Shown: one piece after another, positions 49,175 to 63,848 of the stretch
Layout of the letters: each line of letters begins with the position of its first letter
Numbering within the stretch: position 1 is the stretch's first letter
NCBI GenBank assembly: GCA_023920165.1
Contig: CP089275.1
Location: forward strand, 1,178,001 to 1,242,000
Reading direction: 5' to 3'
Length of the DNA: 64,000 nucleotides
From: Curvularia clavata
Lineage: Eukaryota
Made by a program: the position numbers and the translations under genes
Notes under the pieces: generated by a model
Databases searched by the model: none
What the model was told of the DNA's origin: nothing
The model's input: only the letters and a program-made list of their open reading frames with translations

Positions 49175-50677
49175 ATGAGACTCCTCGATCTTCCGCCGGA
49201 GATCCTCGATCTGATCATCGATCGCACAGCACCCACTGGCCTGGAAAATTTCGTACTCTCATGTCGCACCGTATATGGTCGAGCTGCATCTCAAATTCAA
49301 CGCCATAATGCCCTGAAGAGGGTATGGCGCAACACGCCCAGCTTTACCTTGACTCGCGCCGGTGATACTCTGTCAATTCTACACGAGATCTCACGTGAAC
49401 CCATTATCGCTGAGTACATCGAGAATCTGTACTTATGGGACCGCCGTTCGGAAGATGAGACCATGGGAGAACCTGCTGAATACAGCTTTCGCGAGGACCC
49501 CCAAGCCATGGAAGAGATCAAAAACTTGCTGCGAAGGAGTGAACACTACGCTAATGTTAATGAGGATGAATGGTGGAACCAGATTTTGGAAGAGGATAGG
49601 GCCAATGAGGGATCCAGCGTCGACAAATTATACGCTACCATTGCTCTACTGAGTCTACTACCCAATCTCAAAGTGCTCCAGTTACCCGACAGATGGCATG
49701 AAATTCGAGAAGGGGAGAGTGCCGAAACCCTTGTCCCTCTTGTGCAGGCTCTGGTATCCATGTCCAACGCTTCCGGGCATCGACAAAAGCCTTTAGCGCA
49801 ACTGGAGACCCTCTTGCCATTCGTAGAGGAAGGCTACGATACAAGAGTCGGTCTGCAATGTCTGGAGCCTTTCATGACATTGGAGAGCATTAGAAATATC
49901 TATGCAGTTAGCCTTACAGCTGTAGATGAGGGCTGGGGAGAGTCCGCATTTCGTTGGCTGAATCCAAATACCAAATCGCCTTTGACTCGGGTGGAGTTTG
50001 CAAGCTGTTGCATGAACGCTGCTGGTCTCGCGGGTTTTCTAGCCAATCTACCGGCGTTGAGGGTGTTCAGGTACTCACACCAAACCAAGTGGCACGGCGT
50101 TCAGTACGACTGGAACGCGGGTGAGATGCTGGAAACGCTCGCAAATTACTGTAGCGGAACTCTGGTTGACATCGCAATGACCATTGATGAGCTACCTGGC
50201 GAGGTCGTGAATGGGCTGTCTTCGTTTCTGCGCTTCACAAAGCTGGAGAGGTTGGAGGTCGACGTCGAGTGCTTCTGTGGGCCACCAGTAGAGAGTGGGC
50301 AGCGATTGGGTGCTGAAGCAAGGATTCCAGAGGGCGCAGTCGCGTGGCGCCATGCCGACATTCCCTGTATGGGCGACATGCTCCCCGAGAGCATACGGGA
50401 GCTGTATGTCAATACAAACTTCCCTCAACCATCTGAAGAGTCTCTCCTAGCCCTTTTCAAAAACATCGTAACGCGACGCCAAGACAAATTGACCAATCTC
50501 CACACGACGGTCATTCGCCAATACCGGTCGTCGAGTGCGATGTATATTGCAGACAACCATAATATTTTAATGGAAGTGTTCGATGCGGATGTCGAGGACC
50601 CACGGCCCCGGTCCATGATGCCGCTCTGGAAGAGGGAATTTGATAGACGTGTGGGGGGTATTGTGTCATCATCCTAG
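49175..50677 (+). CDS. F-box protein with LRR-like C-terminal region
   Basis: F-box MRLLDLPPEILDLII...LSCRTVY. LRR-like segments LLPNLKVLQL, LPALRVFRY, FTKLERLEV and LPESIRELYV. Confidence 0.85.
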   Translation: MRLLDLPPEILDLIIDRTAPTGLENFVLSCRTVYGRAASQIQRHNALKRVWRNTPSFTLTRAGDTLSILHEISREPIIAEYIENLYLWDRRSEDETMGEPAEYSFREDPQAMEEIKNLLRRSEHYANVNEDEWWNQILEEDRANEGSSVDKLYATIALLSLLPNLKVLQLPDRWHEIREGESAETLVPLVQALVSMSNASGHRQKPLAQLETLLPFVEEGYDTRVGLQCLEPFMTLESIRNIYAVSLTAVDEGWGESAFRWLNPNTKSPLTRVEFASCCMNAAGLAGFLANLPALRVFRYSHQTKWHGVQYDWNAGEMLETLANYCSGTLVDIAMTIDELPGEVVNGLSSFLRFTKLERLEVDVECFCGPPVESGQRLGAEARIPEGAVAWRHADIPCMGDMLPESIRELYVNTNFPQPSEESLLALFKNIVTRRQDKLTNLHTTVIRQYRSSSAMYIADNHNILMEVFDADVEDPRPRSMMPLWKREFDRRVGGIVSSS

Positions 50678-52539
50678 TAATCTTCTCGGGGGTTTATTGC
50701 GGTAGCATCGGCTCGGATCGTCTGTGATCCTTGTCGCATCACTGTGCAGTCCTTGCGTTTCTATTTTAGAAGGTATGAGACTGACTCGCAATCCTGCTAT
50801 ATATATAAACAAACGGGGTCTGTAGAACCTCACATCTTCATTTTTCATCCTGATTGCGTGTGACCGCGAACGTATTGCACACACTAAACAACCCAAGTTT
50901 AAGAAAAACAAAGTAAAAGAGCGAGATCAGGTAAGAGAAGCTGTTGGACAGATACTCATCGCAGCATCGTACTTCCTATTATCATTATGTCATTCTGATT
51001 AATTCTGTCATCGAAGTGAAATCGATGAAGGGGTATTAGATGGAAAATCTCAATGAGGCATTGATCGCCAACCAGGATGCTCTGAGATCCACAACAGCCA
51101 TCTCCACTGCCAATCAACTTCCTTGTATTACTTCCAAGACATTCCAATCGCCCCTCTTGGTGGTGCAGAACCAGATAGGGATCATTCCAGGCTATTTACG
51201 GCCCGCTTTCGCTTAGTTCTAGTGATCTTTCTCAAGTCCGCGGGAGTGTTCCCCTGAATGTCTAATTTCTCGATTCACGTTTTCAACGTTTTTTATCGAC
51301 ACCGTCCGACAGCCGTCTAGAGAATATAGCGAACCAACAATCAGGTTGTGTCCGGATCACATTTTCGGGTCTTGGGGAGCCTGGACGAAGATATTGAGGA
51401 AGGAAGTGTACTGACCAGCACGTTAACTAACCCAGTGTCCTTGGCAATTGTAGGCACTGCAGCAACTCAGTTCCGCTCGTTAAAGACTCTTTCACATTCC
51501 TGATCATCTGAAAACTCCGGGCTACATCCGTCACGTCTATAGTATACATGAAGCCTATAGCAAGATTCTCGTTGCATATGTTGATGAAAACGGCTACCAG
51601 AAGGATAGGCAATCAGTCAGCGCTCATCCTTTAGAGCAACCTGGAGACTTCAAAGCATGAAATGAACCTCATACAACCAATTGTTCACAGAATTGAAGGG
51701 GTTATACAAAAACTGTCCAAGCTTTGCCGACAAAAAATCTCATCCGACTTGTTCGTTGGAATGATATGCTAGCATGGTATAGGCAATGCGGCAATCGGGG
51801 TTTTTTTTTTCGCATATCAACTCGATAAAATAGATGATGTGTTGTTCGACGGTTTTCATCCGAGCTCTATTATATATTGCGGGTGGTGAGTCCACTTGGG
51901 CTGAAAATATAAAGCTGTGTGATGAAAGAGAGTCACGCCGAATAACTTCAAACCATGCTCAACGTCACATCAGAAACGCTAGGTCACACCCGAAAGATGA
52001 CAGGTGGCGTCCGGAAACACGACGGTCTGGCACTCAATATCGGGATTAGACAACTAACAGTCGCACCCAATAATGCGTGGTCCCGTTCGACCACACAAAG
52101 TTGCCCTCGACACCCCTGACGCCACGTCGTGCGCACCTTCACCAAAACTAAGCCGTATCTAGAGAAGGGTTAGAACTACACCCCAAGGGCAAGAAAGCGA
52201 GGCACATTATCGTGCATGGTTTGTTCACCATTCATGAGCATTGTATATACTAATTCATTCTATAGTTTCTCGTTGAAGAGCACACATTTTCTACCATGGC
52301 TCTCCATCCTCCGATGATGTAAAGGAAAACCCACTCTTAACCAAATCACGATGCTAGCACCATTAAGGTCCACCCTTCCGAGCTAAACATGCTATATTTT
52401 ACGGGGCTTTCTATTCGCGAATATCCTCTTCGTCGGAACAAATTCATACATAAAGACCTAAATCTTTCCAAAACTATCGTAACCCTCCAATTTCCACCTC
52501 GGTGACTGCCTCAGCGAGCGCTAGGGTCAAAAACATCAA

Positions 52540-53613
52540 ATGCGGCAGCTCATTACCATTCTTACCACCTTCTTCCCTGTTGCCTTTGCAACTCCCGTCT
52601 TCCCCATCATCAAGCCATTCATCCCTCACAGCTTATCTCATGCCATTCCTATATCTATCCAATCCGATCTGCCTACCGAAACTGTTATAACAGGCCCAAT
52701 TCCAACTAAGTGGCGCCACACACACGGGCCAATGCTTCATGGACCCCCTTCTGATGTCGGTCCCGTTTGCAAGTCCGATGAGCCTGCATATGCCATAGGT
52801 GCTAAGAGACGCTTACCAAGGGCAATCAATTGCCACAGCAATGGCATTGCTGCTGCCGCTGATACCGAGGAAATATTGCGCAACGCCCCGGAACGCAGAA
52901 TCCTGATCCCACCACCTCCGATGACGGATGTTGAAATCTGCGAAGCACTTTGCTCAATGTACGACGCTGAGCCGTGCGGACCATGCGAGGCCGTGTTCAA
53001 TAGCCCCAGTGCTACAAGACCGCTTCCCAACGCTGAGCGAACGGACACTGTAAGCGCCCGGGCTGCCACTACACCACAGGAAGATCCCTGGTTCCCGCTC
53101 TGGCGATGTCTCACTCAGTGCTTAGAAGAGAGGCGCATACAGTGTGATGAGTGTAATGGGTTCTGGGCAATCTACCAAAGTACTTTATCGCCGGCAGTGT
53201 ACGAGGAGCCAGAAGCGAAACACTACCTTGAGATGGTCAGGTGCTTGTTGGAATGCGGAAGGGGTAAGAGTGCCCCGATATGTATCTACTGCCAAACATC
53301 CTGGTACAATTGGGAGCGAGAGTTGTGGTCGTACTTAGGTTCGAGAGGTCCTATGCCGGTTGTCACCATGGGCAACAGGGTACCTGTTAGAGAAGACTTC
53401 ATTGGCATAACTCTTTACCGTTGTCTCAAAGAGTGCAACCCGGACGCACCAGAAACCTCGCAAGAGCTATGTCGTCGTTGCAAGATGATGGTGACCATCA
53501 TCCCTCCTGCTTTCGTGCATAACTGGATCCTTCAAAGGCTCATGGCTAAGCCTGAGGATTACAACCCTCTCACTACAGGCCCCTCGGGACCTTACGATCA
53601 CGATGATGATTAG
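52540..53613 (+). CDS. Secreted protein of unknown function with four CX3C-X7-11-CX2C modules
   Basis: Signal peptide MRQLITILTTFFPVAFA; 357-aa intact ORF; 18 Cys, of which 16 fall in four repeated modules. Confidence 0.7.
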   Translation: MRQLITILTTFFPVAFATPVFPIIKPFIPHSLSHAIPISIQSDLPTETVITGPIPTKWRHTHGPMLHGPPSDVGPVCKSDEPAYAIGAKRRLPRAINCHSNGIAAAADTEEILRNAPERRILIPPPPMTDVEICEALCSMYDAEPCGPCEAVFNSPSATRPLPNAERTDTVSARAATTPQEDPWFPLWRCLTQCLEERRIQCDECNGFWAIYQSTLSPAVYEEPEAKHYLEMVRCLLECGRGKSAPICIYCQTSWYNWERELWSYLGSRGPMPVVTMGNRVPVREDFIGITLYRCLKECNPDAPETSQELCRRCKMMVTIIPPAFVHNWILQRLMAKPEDYNPLTTGPSGPYDHDDD

Positions 53614-53903
53614 ACATTATAATAGCGCTGTAATGTTACAGCTTCAAGTACCTGAGTCTAGCTATGTAGCCAGTAGTTAATTGATCAATACATGACGTTG
53701 GGAGGTTTCTATGTAAAATTCACAAACGCATTTCTTCAGAGGCTAAGGTGTCTTTGGAGGGAAATGCTAAGATTTACCAGAAGGCGATTACAGCTTCTTC
53801 GTTGCGTTGCTAAGGATATACAAGCAATATTTGTCACATCTTCCTTGGTTCCGATGCCCACGATGCGTACTCCGTAATTGCTTAGACTTGTGGGCCACTC
53901 TCC

Positions 53904-54898
53904 TTAAATTTTCGCCCTCTCCAGATCAAGCGCTTCCTTTATCGGCTGCAACATGTTGTTCATGTATGTTTCGCTAACATTCACGCCCGTACCAGCGCCT
54001 TTTGGCGCTTCTACGCCCCATTCCGGAATCAGTCTGACACCGCCCACTGTGACCTCCAGCACACTTCCACATGGATATTCCTTCTTCTGCAAGAGTTCAA
54101 GCAGGTGCGTTGCACATGTCTCTGGTTTCAGTGTTCTCTCGGGGGTAATAGAAAACTGCTTCATCTTAGCGGCATCAAAGATGGGTGTTAGCACGCCACC
54201 AGGGCACATTGTTGTGATCTTGACCCCAGTCAAGGGTTCGCTGGCCGCTAAAGACTTTACAAACCCGACGATTGCATGCTTGGTTGCGCAGTACAATGGC
54301 GCAGCTATATTTCCAGCGAGGCCCGCAACAGATGACTATGTCTTGTTAATGTTGTTACAACTCGGGCTGCACACAAGTAACGGGGAAGCTGGATGCGTTC
54401 AGCTCAACTCACAATGATGCAAACACTCGTCCGCTTTCCCTTTTTCAAACTCTTCCTGATTGCCAGCCTCGTCAACTTGATTGGGTGATTCACGTTCACA
54501 TCGACCTCCATGTACCCCTTGTCCTTCTCTGGGTCTTGCCAAAAATTGGTAAACGGGGGATCAAAAAGTCCGGCGCAGATGGCGTAAGCATCTGGAACAT
54601 CGTTCCATTTCTTCTCGCATACTTCGAAAATCTTGTCAAAGTCGGACCAGCGTGTCACATCTACTTGCACATAGACGATGTTTTCTTTCCCGGTTGCAAA
54701 GGTATCAAAGTCCGGTGTCGTCTTAATGTCTGCCACGATGATCCGGGTGCCGAGATCATGAGCTTGCTTAACCACATTCAAGCCGATCCCTTTATGTCAT
54801 GAGAATAAGATACTATGGTATTGGTGAAGATGCGTACCCGATGCGCCTCCAGTGATGAGCAGGATCTTGTCATTTAATGGCTGGTCGATTGATGTCAT
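53904..54898 (-). CDS. Short-chain dehydrogenase/reductase, 3 exons
   Basis: ITGGASGIG across intron 1, VQVDVT, SSVAG, catalytic YCATK and CPGGVLTP; C-terminus ends -AKI. Confidence 0.93.
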
Positions 54899-55736
54899 TT
54901 TATGCTTTTTTATCTGCGCTGTATGGCCAAGTTATTAGGATGAACACAAAGAAATCTTGTGAAGTATACAGTGCCTAAAAATGGATTGCAGGCCATAGAG
55001 TGTTTATAAAGCGGCGGATAACAAATGCCGAGGGGCGCCTGACGAACGCCGCTCGTTCAAGGAGGGGTACGTACATGAGCGTTCCATCCAGACGGGTAGC
55101 TATTACCGACCTACTAATGGTGGAAATAGGGATTACTTAGGCAACAAATAACCGTCGACGTTCTTTTCCGAACATTATGAGAACCAAGGTAAGCACTTGT
55201 TTATAATCGATCCTCAGCAATTGTTGTGTGCTAGGTAGTCAAGCATGGTGGCATCGCTTGTACTTCTCGAAAATGACGCAACCTCTCATGATCGGCTTGA
55301 CTAACTTTACGTGTTTTAGTGGATGATGTAGAGTAATTTGAAGTGGTGCCATAGACACATAGTTCAGCGGCAGCTGAAAATCAATGCACCAATGCATCAC
55401 TGCAGAGCGACCATACACGGCAAGTCTAGACTAATCGTGAAGGTAGTAGCGACACACATTTATTATACACGCCACAAAGAGATGAGATAAGAAATTAGTT
55501 ACGAAAAGTAGGCAACCAATGTTGGTTTGTAAATACCTGCACGACGACGTCGATCTTGACGCACAAGTAAGCACTTCGCACAGCCTAAAACGCCTCCTCA
55601 CGCTCCTCTCACCACTTCCCCATCATCAACAATGACAACCTCAGTCCCCGCCATGGCCCTTAGGGTATTTAAATCGCATTCCGAACTCATTATTGGCCAT
55701 GCCTCTGGTCTCTGTCGCATCAAGGCCTAACAGATT

Positions 55737-57890
55737 TCAACGCCGATCGATCAGCAGCGCCCAAGGGGGACACTAAGACCTCGCCCCTTTCTGTTGTCGG
55801 CACAAGAGTATACCCTTCGCTCCAAGTTCCCTGTCCTGAAGATTCGTAAACAGTGCCTGGATACATTAATGACCATTACTCAAAGGTGCAAATAACATAC
55901 GTTGCAGGTGAAGCAACTCTCCCGCATCCCATTCTAACTGCTTATAAGTATCATGTGTCCTTCGCCGTCTCCACCACCGGACTAGAGGTTCGATTAGCAA
56001 GGCAGTTAGAATGAGAAAACATCCTAGGGCAAGTGTCAAAGCTAGACCTAAAACGCTGAATGAAACTGCGTCCGGATGATAGATGAGTCGAGATTTGCAT
56101 AAATTCTGCCAATTGGGATCTTCCATCTGCTGCCTGTAAGGCATGAATTCATCGCCGAGGACCATTCCTTCGATAAATTCGTGTTGCATAGCAGCCATCT
56201 GAATGTGGAACCAATTCTCCAATTCAATTTCCGTTTGGTTGGACTCCACTTTTAGGGACATAGTGCCGGCACCCTCGATTAGCTTGTCCTGGGCAAGCAT
56301 TGCCGTGCCGCCAATAGAGCGGAGAATCGAATGGTAGTTGAAGTTGAGTGCAAGTCCAGCGATTAGGGAAACTGTAGCTTGCTGAATCGGATTGAATCCT
56401 ATATTTTGTTTTACTTGGAAGTCAATTGTTTTGGGTATTTGTTCAACGATATTCAGGAGTGCATCTTGCCGGGTGCATTGCTTTGAGGTAGGGTTGCAGA
56501 ACTGATATCGCTCAGAACAAGCAAACGCCGAAACAGGTTGGGCTTTCCATGACCCTTGAGCACCTAGTGGTAAGTTGTTACATCCGCAATCTTCTTTAGA
56601 TACGAATCCCCTTGTACCAAGGAGAATGTCGTTGGATGGTTCCATGTATAGTGCGTTGGTATTCAAGACCGCTACTGTTACATCGGCATCCCGCAACCGC
56701 AACTCCTCGACCGGTTGTACCACGGTATAATTCATGTCGCTCAAAGTCTTGTTCAGGGCGGATTCGTTGACAGTAGCTCCTGGAAATGATGGATACACCC
56801 TGCCAAACAGTAAGCGAGGCCATGCAAAAAAGAAAAGAAAAAAAGGAATACTGACGAGAACCGGTACGGCTGCAAGTTTGCTAAGCTGCTTCTGAGCTTA
56901 TCGTATGGAATAGAAATCCCAGGTATGGTATAGTTCAAATCCAAGTAGTTATAATTCCGATAGAGCTCATCCGTGAAGTTCGCTGGTCGTTCCGTAGCGT
57001 ATTTGGGGTCTTCGGTGAATGGTAACGGAGTACAAACTGAGACTTTTCTATATTCCACGCGGTCTCCGACGCGAGAATTGATGCCGAAATGCTCATGTGA
57101 GTTCAGCATCTCTGTCTGCATCTTGATAGTCCCTCTCGTTGAGTTTCTGCAAAGAGAGGGTGGGTTGAAGGGACACGTAACACCTATTTCTAGTTTCGTT
57201 GGAAGCTTGCTAACTGGAAGACGTCGGCAAGTCGAGTCATTATCCGATCCACCCCTTATGTAGCAACTACGAACATATTCCGCGCTCCGTTGCAGCTGTC
57301 TGCGATGTTCAGACTGTATCTTATATTGCATAGTCAATGGTACTTCCTCAATGAAAAATCCGCAGTCCATCGATCTAAGGAGTGCGCTGTTTCCGACAGA
57401 AGCAATTTGGACTGACACAATGGAGGCAATTGTGAAACATGCGATATAGGCAAAAGCGAGAAGTACAAAAGGCAGTTGGCGACGAACTGCGCGTCTCGTG
57501 TTCGATTTCCAGGAATAGCCGAGCTTAATCAGATACCAGAGGGTGGACACCGGGGTTTGAGCGTTACGTAGCACGACCTGACGTTGATGATACAGTCCAT
57601 CTCTTCCTTTGTTTGTGGAGAGCAGTTGGTGTATCACAAAGCAGACGATATCTGTGACTTGTTATTTATCCCGCTCGTTAGAGTCCAGGCTACGTACTCC
57701 AGGCATATCCGCCAACAACCGAAACGAAAAGGGTAATCATGACCAACAAAACTTTGGATTCATTTGACGGTAATGTCAGCGTTGCCGCAAGTGCACCGTT
57801 CTTCGACCAGTTGTTCCAGAACCCAACTTTGTACGGCTTCTTGTCCCAGTGGAACCAGTCTTCTTCAAAGTCGACCAGCCTCGCCGTCAT
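55737..57890 (-). CDS. Fungal membrane glycoprotein of unknown function, 4 exons
   Basis: GFWNNWS...ATLTLP...LLVMITLFVSVVGG, DGLYHQRQVVLRN, YVRSCY, NSHEHFGIN, CSERYQFCNP, SFSVLGL plus TM helix, and EWDAGELLHLQR. Three predicted GT-AG introns keep the frame. Confidence 0.8.
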
Positions 57891-59368
57891 TGCGCAGGAT
57901 AATCCGTAGAAACCAATATATAGGTATTGTCTTACTTCTCGCACTCAGCATAAAATTATAATGCAAGCAAAGACAAACTACACGCAGCGCAACTTGCTGA
58001 TTTAATGCATCTTGGATCACACAGCCCAAGTGTTCGCAACTTTTGTGAGACACATTGCCTCAAAACAGGTGACGATAAAAGTGATCTGTCCTTTATTCAG
58101 CTCACCTCTAGCTGAAGCTCCCGTGGCCGCAGCGGCCTCTTGACCACGAGACTGGAGAGCCGTTGCCGCGCTAGTAAAACCAAAGATCAAGTTTCGTTTT
58201 CAGCTGGCATGGGCATGCTGTGCCGAAAAGTTTGGATTTCACATGTGGTTGGGGCTTGGTGGCCGGCCAAGATAGACTGTGTTTTGTGGGCGCTCACTGC
58301 CACGCCTCTGTTTTTCAGCACCGCCGCTGTCGAAAAAGCAGCCAAGAAGATAATACGCTAGTGGCTGGTGCGTGTGACTGCTTCGTGCTGCATCGTGCAT
58401 TATTGTTGGACAAACTGACTGATCTTCGAGGGACGCCTGATCGCTCACCTGGAATCAGACTTCTAACCACATGATTCAAGTCACGTGATTGACAGTATTA
58501 TACAACAAAAGAGTAGTTATCTCTAGATATAGAACTCTTTATCTCTTGGATGTGGGTGAGATTTTAGATGACTAGCCAACCCGTGTGACCGACAACCTAT
58601 GGGGTACATTACCCTATTATTGTAATACCGCCCACCTTCATGGCGAACTATGATAGAGCAGATGCAAACCAAACATCTCCTGAATTCGAAATTTGGTTTA
58701 GCAAATATCAGAATAATGCCTTGCAAATGCTAGCGATGAAGAGATTTAGCGATAAAAGTATATGCGATACCCAACCCAAACATAACGGGCAAAATCTCTG
58801 CGACTCAGCACATCCAGAAAGTCACAAGAGCATGGCTCATATTTGTACTGTACTTCGTAGCCCAACAGAGCTGGTCTGGTATGCCTTCTAGTAGAGGACA
58901 AGTGTAGAAAACGCAATGTTAGTTAGCACATTGCACCGTGACAATAGCATGGAGTATAGACTGGACGAATAGCCTTGAAACAAACAAAGCGCGAATTTAA
59001 AAGAATTCACGAATCGCATAGATGCGAAAGTCATTACGAACGCCAGCCATGCCATGAAGTCTTGGCATGACGCAGCCACTTGGTTCGGACCTCCGAGAAA
59101 TAATTTGGCGGGGCAGGCCCGAAGCGTAGATACGCAGGCAGACGCACCATCGCATGTACAACGATCCCCTCGTACCACAGCCACGTCAACTGTGCAGCAC
59201 GCTAGTCGCCCAAGAGATTCCCTATTTTCGCATACATCGTCTCTCTTCACCATAGGCCGAAAACACAAAGCCCATCGCCAACAGGCGCAGCAGGACAGGC
59301 CGTGGCGCAACGGCGAGAAAGGTCGCAAAGGTAGTGGCAAAGGCAAAGGACGCGGCAGACGAGGCAAA

Positions 59369-60691
<1,323 letters not shown>

Positions 60692-60901
60692 GTGATTGGT
60701 CGAATCGACGATTGGATAAGTGAACGAGTGAACAAATGAAAAGATGAAGATACGTGTGGTATGTGTATTGGATAAGGGTATATCGTCATAAATTACGGGT
60801 AACGATAAACATTGAGCTGCTTTTTGAGCAAGCGGTGCGTTTCTGCAGTTCTTAGCTGCAAATACGTTCCAAGGGTGGGGATGGTATATGTATTGGCGGC
60901 T

Positions 60902-61769
60902 TTAGTAGGTTGTTGTTTGCCGATCATCTAGGTGGCATAGTTAGCTAGCTTCATCTCCACTTTTGGACGAGATACCCAAACTCAAAGACATACAGTTTGC
61001 GCCCATTGCCTTTCTTAGCTTGAGCGTCACAGCCTCGGCATCCAAGTCCTTCTTGTCACCAGTCTGTATCTCGACGGCATATGTCCTGATAACCTGCTTG
61101 ACCTGCCCGCTCTGGAAGCTCATCTTGGCTTTGCGCATGACTTTGGTCTTGGGGCCTGTCACACAAGTGATGTCAATATTTATGTTCTCGCCATGAAACG
61201 TAGATCAATGTAGAACTGGAATGACGGAAAAGCAAAGTTTGGAATAAGACCAAGCCAGGACAACAGGGGGAGGGGTAATAAAAATTGCGTACCTTGCCAA
61301 ACGACAAAGGCAAACTTGACACGTTCGCTGTACTCATCATTTCCCAACTTCATACGCACATAAGCGTATGCTGCATCGTCCTCGTCGAGGCTTTCTGTCA
61401 TCTCAGCAATGTCTCCTGTACCAGTAGCCGCTAGCTTGAGGTTGTCTGAAGTTGCAGAAGCATACTATTAACATGAATTAGCGTTCTGAGTAAAGGGAAA
61501 AGCCCTATAAAACTCGTGATGTGCTTGCCGCAAGAGTCTCGTGACAAGACTACCAGAGCATTTCAAGGGGCAATACGACATGTGCAAATCCCTCCGCAGC
61601 AGCAACTCGTTCCACAAGCGTGACACAAGACATGTACCAGCAGATTGGGGTTACAGAGCTCGCCACATACCTTCAAGATCAGCCACGTTGTGTCCGATTT
61701 ATCCGAGCGCACATCTTCGTACGCCTGGGCGATATCAGGGTCGTTGAGGATATCGGCAGCAGCAGGCAT
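60902..61769 (-). CDS. Coactosin-like ADF-H actin-binding protein, 4 exons
   Basis: AYEDVRSDKSDTTWLILK/YAS, YAYVRMKLGNDEYSERVKFAFVVWQG, KVMRKAKMSFQ and LRKAMGANY/DRQTTTY*. Confidence 0.92.
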
Positions 61770-63848
61770 CGTTGTGTACCAGATGGGAAGTTTTGTACTC
61801 TGCGGTTAAGGCGACTCTGAGTAGACGAAGGCGTTTTCTGACAGGGATAAGAAAGGTTTCGAAAGGGAAAAGGATGAGGAAGTTGGGGATCCAGAGCCAG
61901 GGTCACGAAGCTAAGTGCGGCTAGTGCGGGGCTCTAGACCGGACCCAGCGAGATACAGGTGGTCCAATAGGAAGAGGTGTAGTGGGGGTATCTGGGCTCT
62001 TGAGAGCCGCCGGCGGTGTGGGGTTCACGATGTGTCTTGTCCGCCTCACGAGCTCTTCTCCTTGCTCCTCAGGAAATATCGGAGTCATACCTGGCAGGTT
62101 CTGCTGATTAATTCTGGCTTTGCTTCTGGCACACATTTTTTTTGGAAAGAGTCCGGTCTTTGGCTACCTCCCAGAAGCGGTGATACTACTCACGTTTCGG
62201 CAGTTTGAAGCATGTGATCAAATGGAGATACTCTGAGGTCCATCCGTCGTGTTACACTACATAAGGAATACGAGGACGCATTGCCATGCTTTCTGCAGGG
62301 ACTTGGAATGCATTGGTATCCATCGTTTGGTAAACCCATGATGCGTATGCATAACACGATGACTGACATCGCGACATAGCTGCGTGCTTGTATTGTCTCG
62401 GTATATTCAGGAGCAGAGCTCAGGCACCCGAACAGCAAGTCACGAGCTCACGTGGTTCTGATCCGTCCATGCCAAACAACGAGATGGAGGGCGACTACAA
62501 CCTGGGGACAGTTCATGTAAATGAGCTTAGACAAGCCATACATACAGCGCCGCGTAGTGTCCTGGGTTTCGAAAAGAGTAAGGGATCGGTATTCGCCTGC
62601 CGAAATGTGGACCGTAGCGCACAGTTGACTGGTCATCCTACGCATTTCCTACCACTACTCTAATTCCACTGGACTAGGCGCAAGCACTTCTGGAAACCCA
62701 TCTCAATCTTGATTGGAACAAGGAGGGTCGACATTTGGAGGTCAGCCTTGTCATTGACTTCCTGTTGCGAGGGCTGCAAAGACATGGGACATCCAACCCG
62801 ACTCTCTGTTCTCCATATCTGTTGCTTGAGGCCGAGAAAGCGCAGCTGTGATTAACAATTAGCAGGACCGAGTTGGGCGTATTTGAAAAAGCCTTTTTGG
62901 CGGTTTGTCGAGCCGTGGCATCAGAAACGTCGAAGCTCATACACGCAAAAGCGAGGGAGATAGTCCGAGGCAAGAGAAATCCAGCCAACTTCAAAACATA
63001 TACAAAGACGGACAAGATACCATATACAGCAATCACTGCCTAGTCGGCATGTGGCTGGTACACGCACTGTTATAGTTACTGGCAGGATTAACAGTCCATC
63101 ACGTGAGGCCGCGACAAGGTCTCTGTGGCTTCGGTGAGGAAAGCCGACGGAACTGACCGGCCACCAGTAGCAAGTCAGCATGCAAGACACGCGTTCGACG
63201 ACGAGTGACGGGAAATGGGCGACAACAGAGACGGCTAGAGGGTAGGTCAACTGCCGTTAGCGAGTTTGTAGCGCAAGGTCCTGGGTACGAGACTGGAAAT
63301 GAAACAGTGCTTTGGGCACGCGCAACCCCGCGGAGCTTCTGTTGATGCTTTCTGCTGGATGATGGCCGGTCGGGAGATGACCGGGAAATGCCCGCACGTG
63401 GGAAAAAAGAAATGCCTGGGCTGTGACAGCCGCGCGGTGTTGGGTCGACCTCGGTATTATTGGTGTCATGTTGTTGATAGTGGTGTGTTTAGTGCTGGCG
63501 GCCGTAGACAGCCTCCCTATTATTGGGCCCAGCCACCACAGGAGACCGCGGAATTGCATCATTCCATCGTAGTCGACCAGCGCAGCACCGTGTCAAATCT
63601 TGCATATTGTTGACCCTGTTTTCCTTTTGCATCCTCGCTGACCGGTTGTCGACATTTGCAAAGCTGCGCTTCCCCTCCTGTCGCTCTTTACAATTGTGTG
63701 CAGCGCAATCGCAGCTTGATCCACGTCCCCCACAACACAACCACCGCCGGCTTCTCCGGCCACCACGACCCCGGACGACCAACCCCAAACACAGCCCAAG
63801 CGCAACAAAACAAATCCACTGCAGCGTCGCGCACCTTCAATTCCGACC

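Noticed and set aside
23869..54898. Secondary-metabolite cluster suggested by NMO, TF and SDR
   Set aside because: No PKS, NRPS or terpene synthase; the genes are dispersed among housekeeping genes.
61157..61670. Long coactosin introns as snoRNA hosts or stwintrons
   Set aside because: No convincing C/D or H/ACA boxes or nested splice signals by eye; an Rfam scan would be needed.
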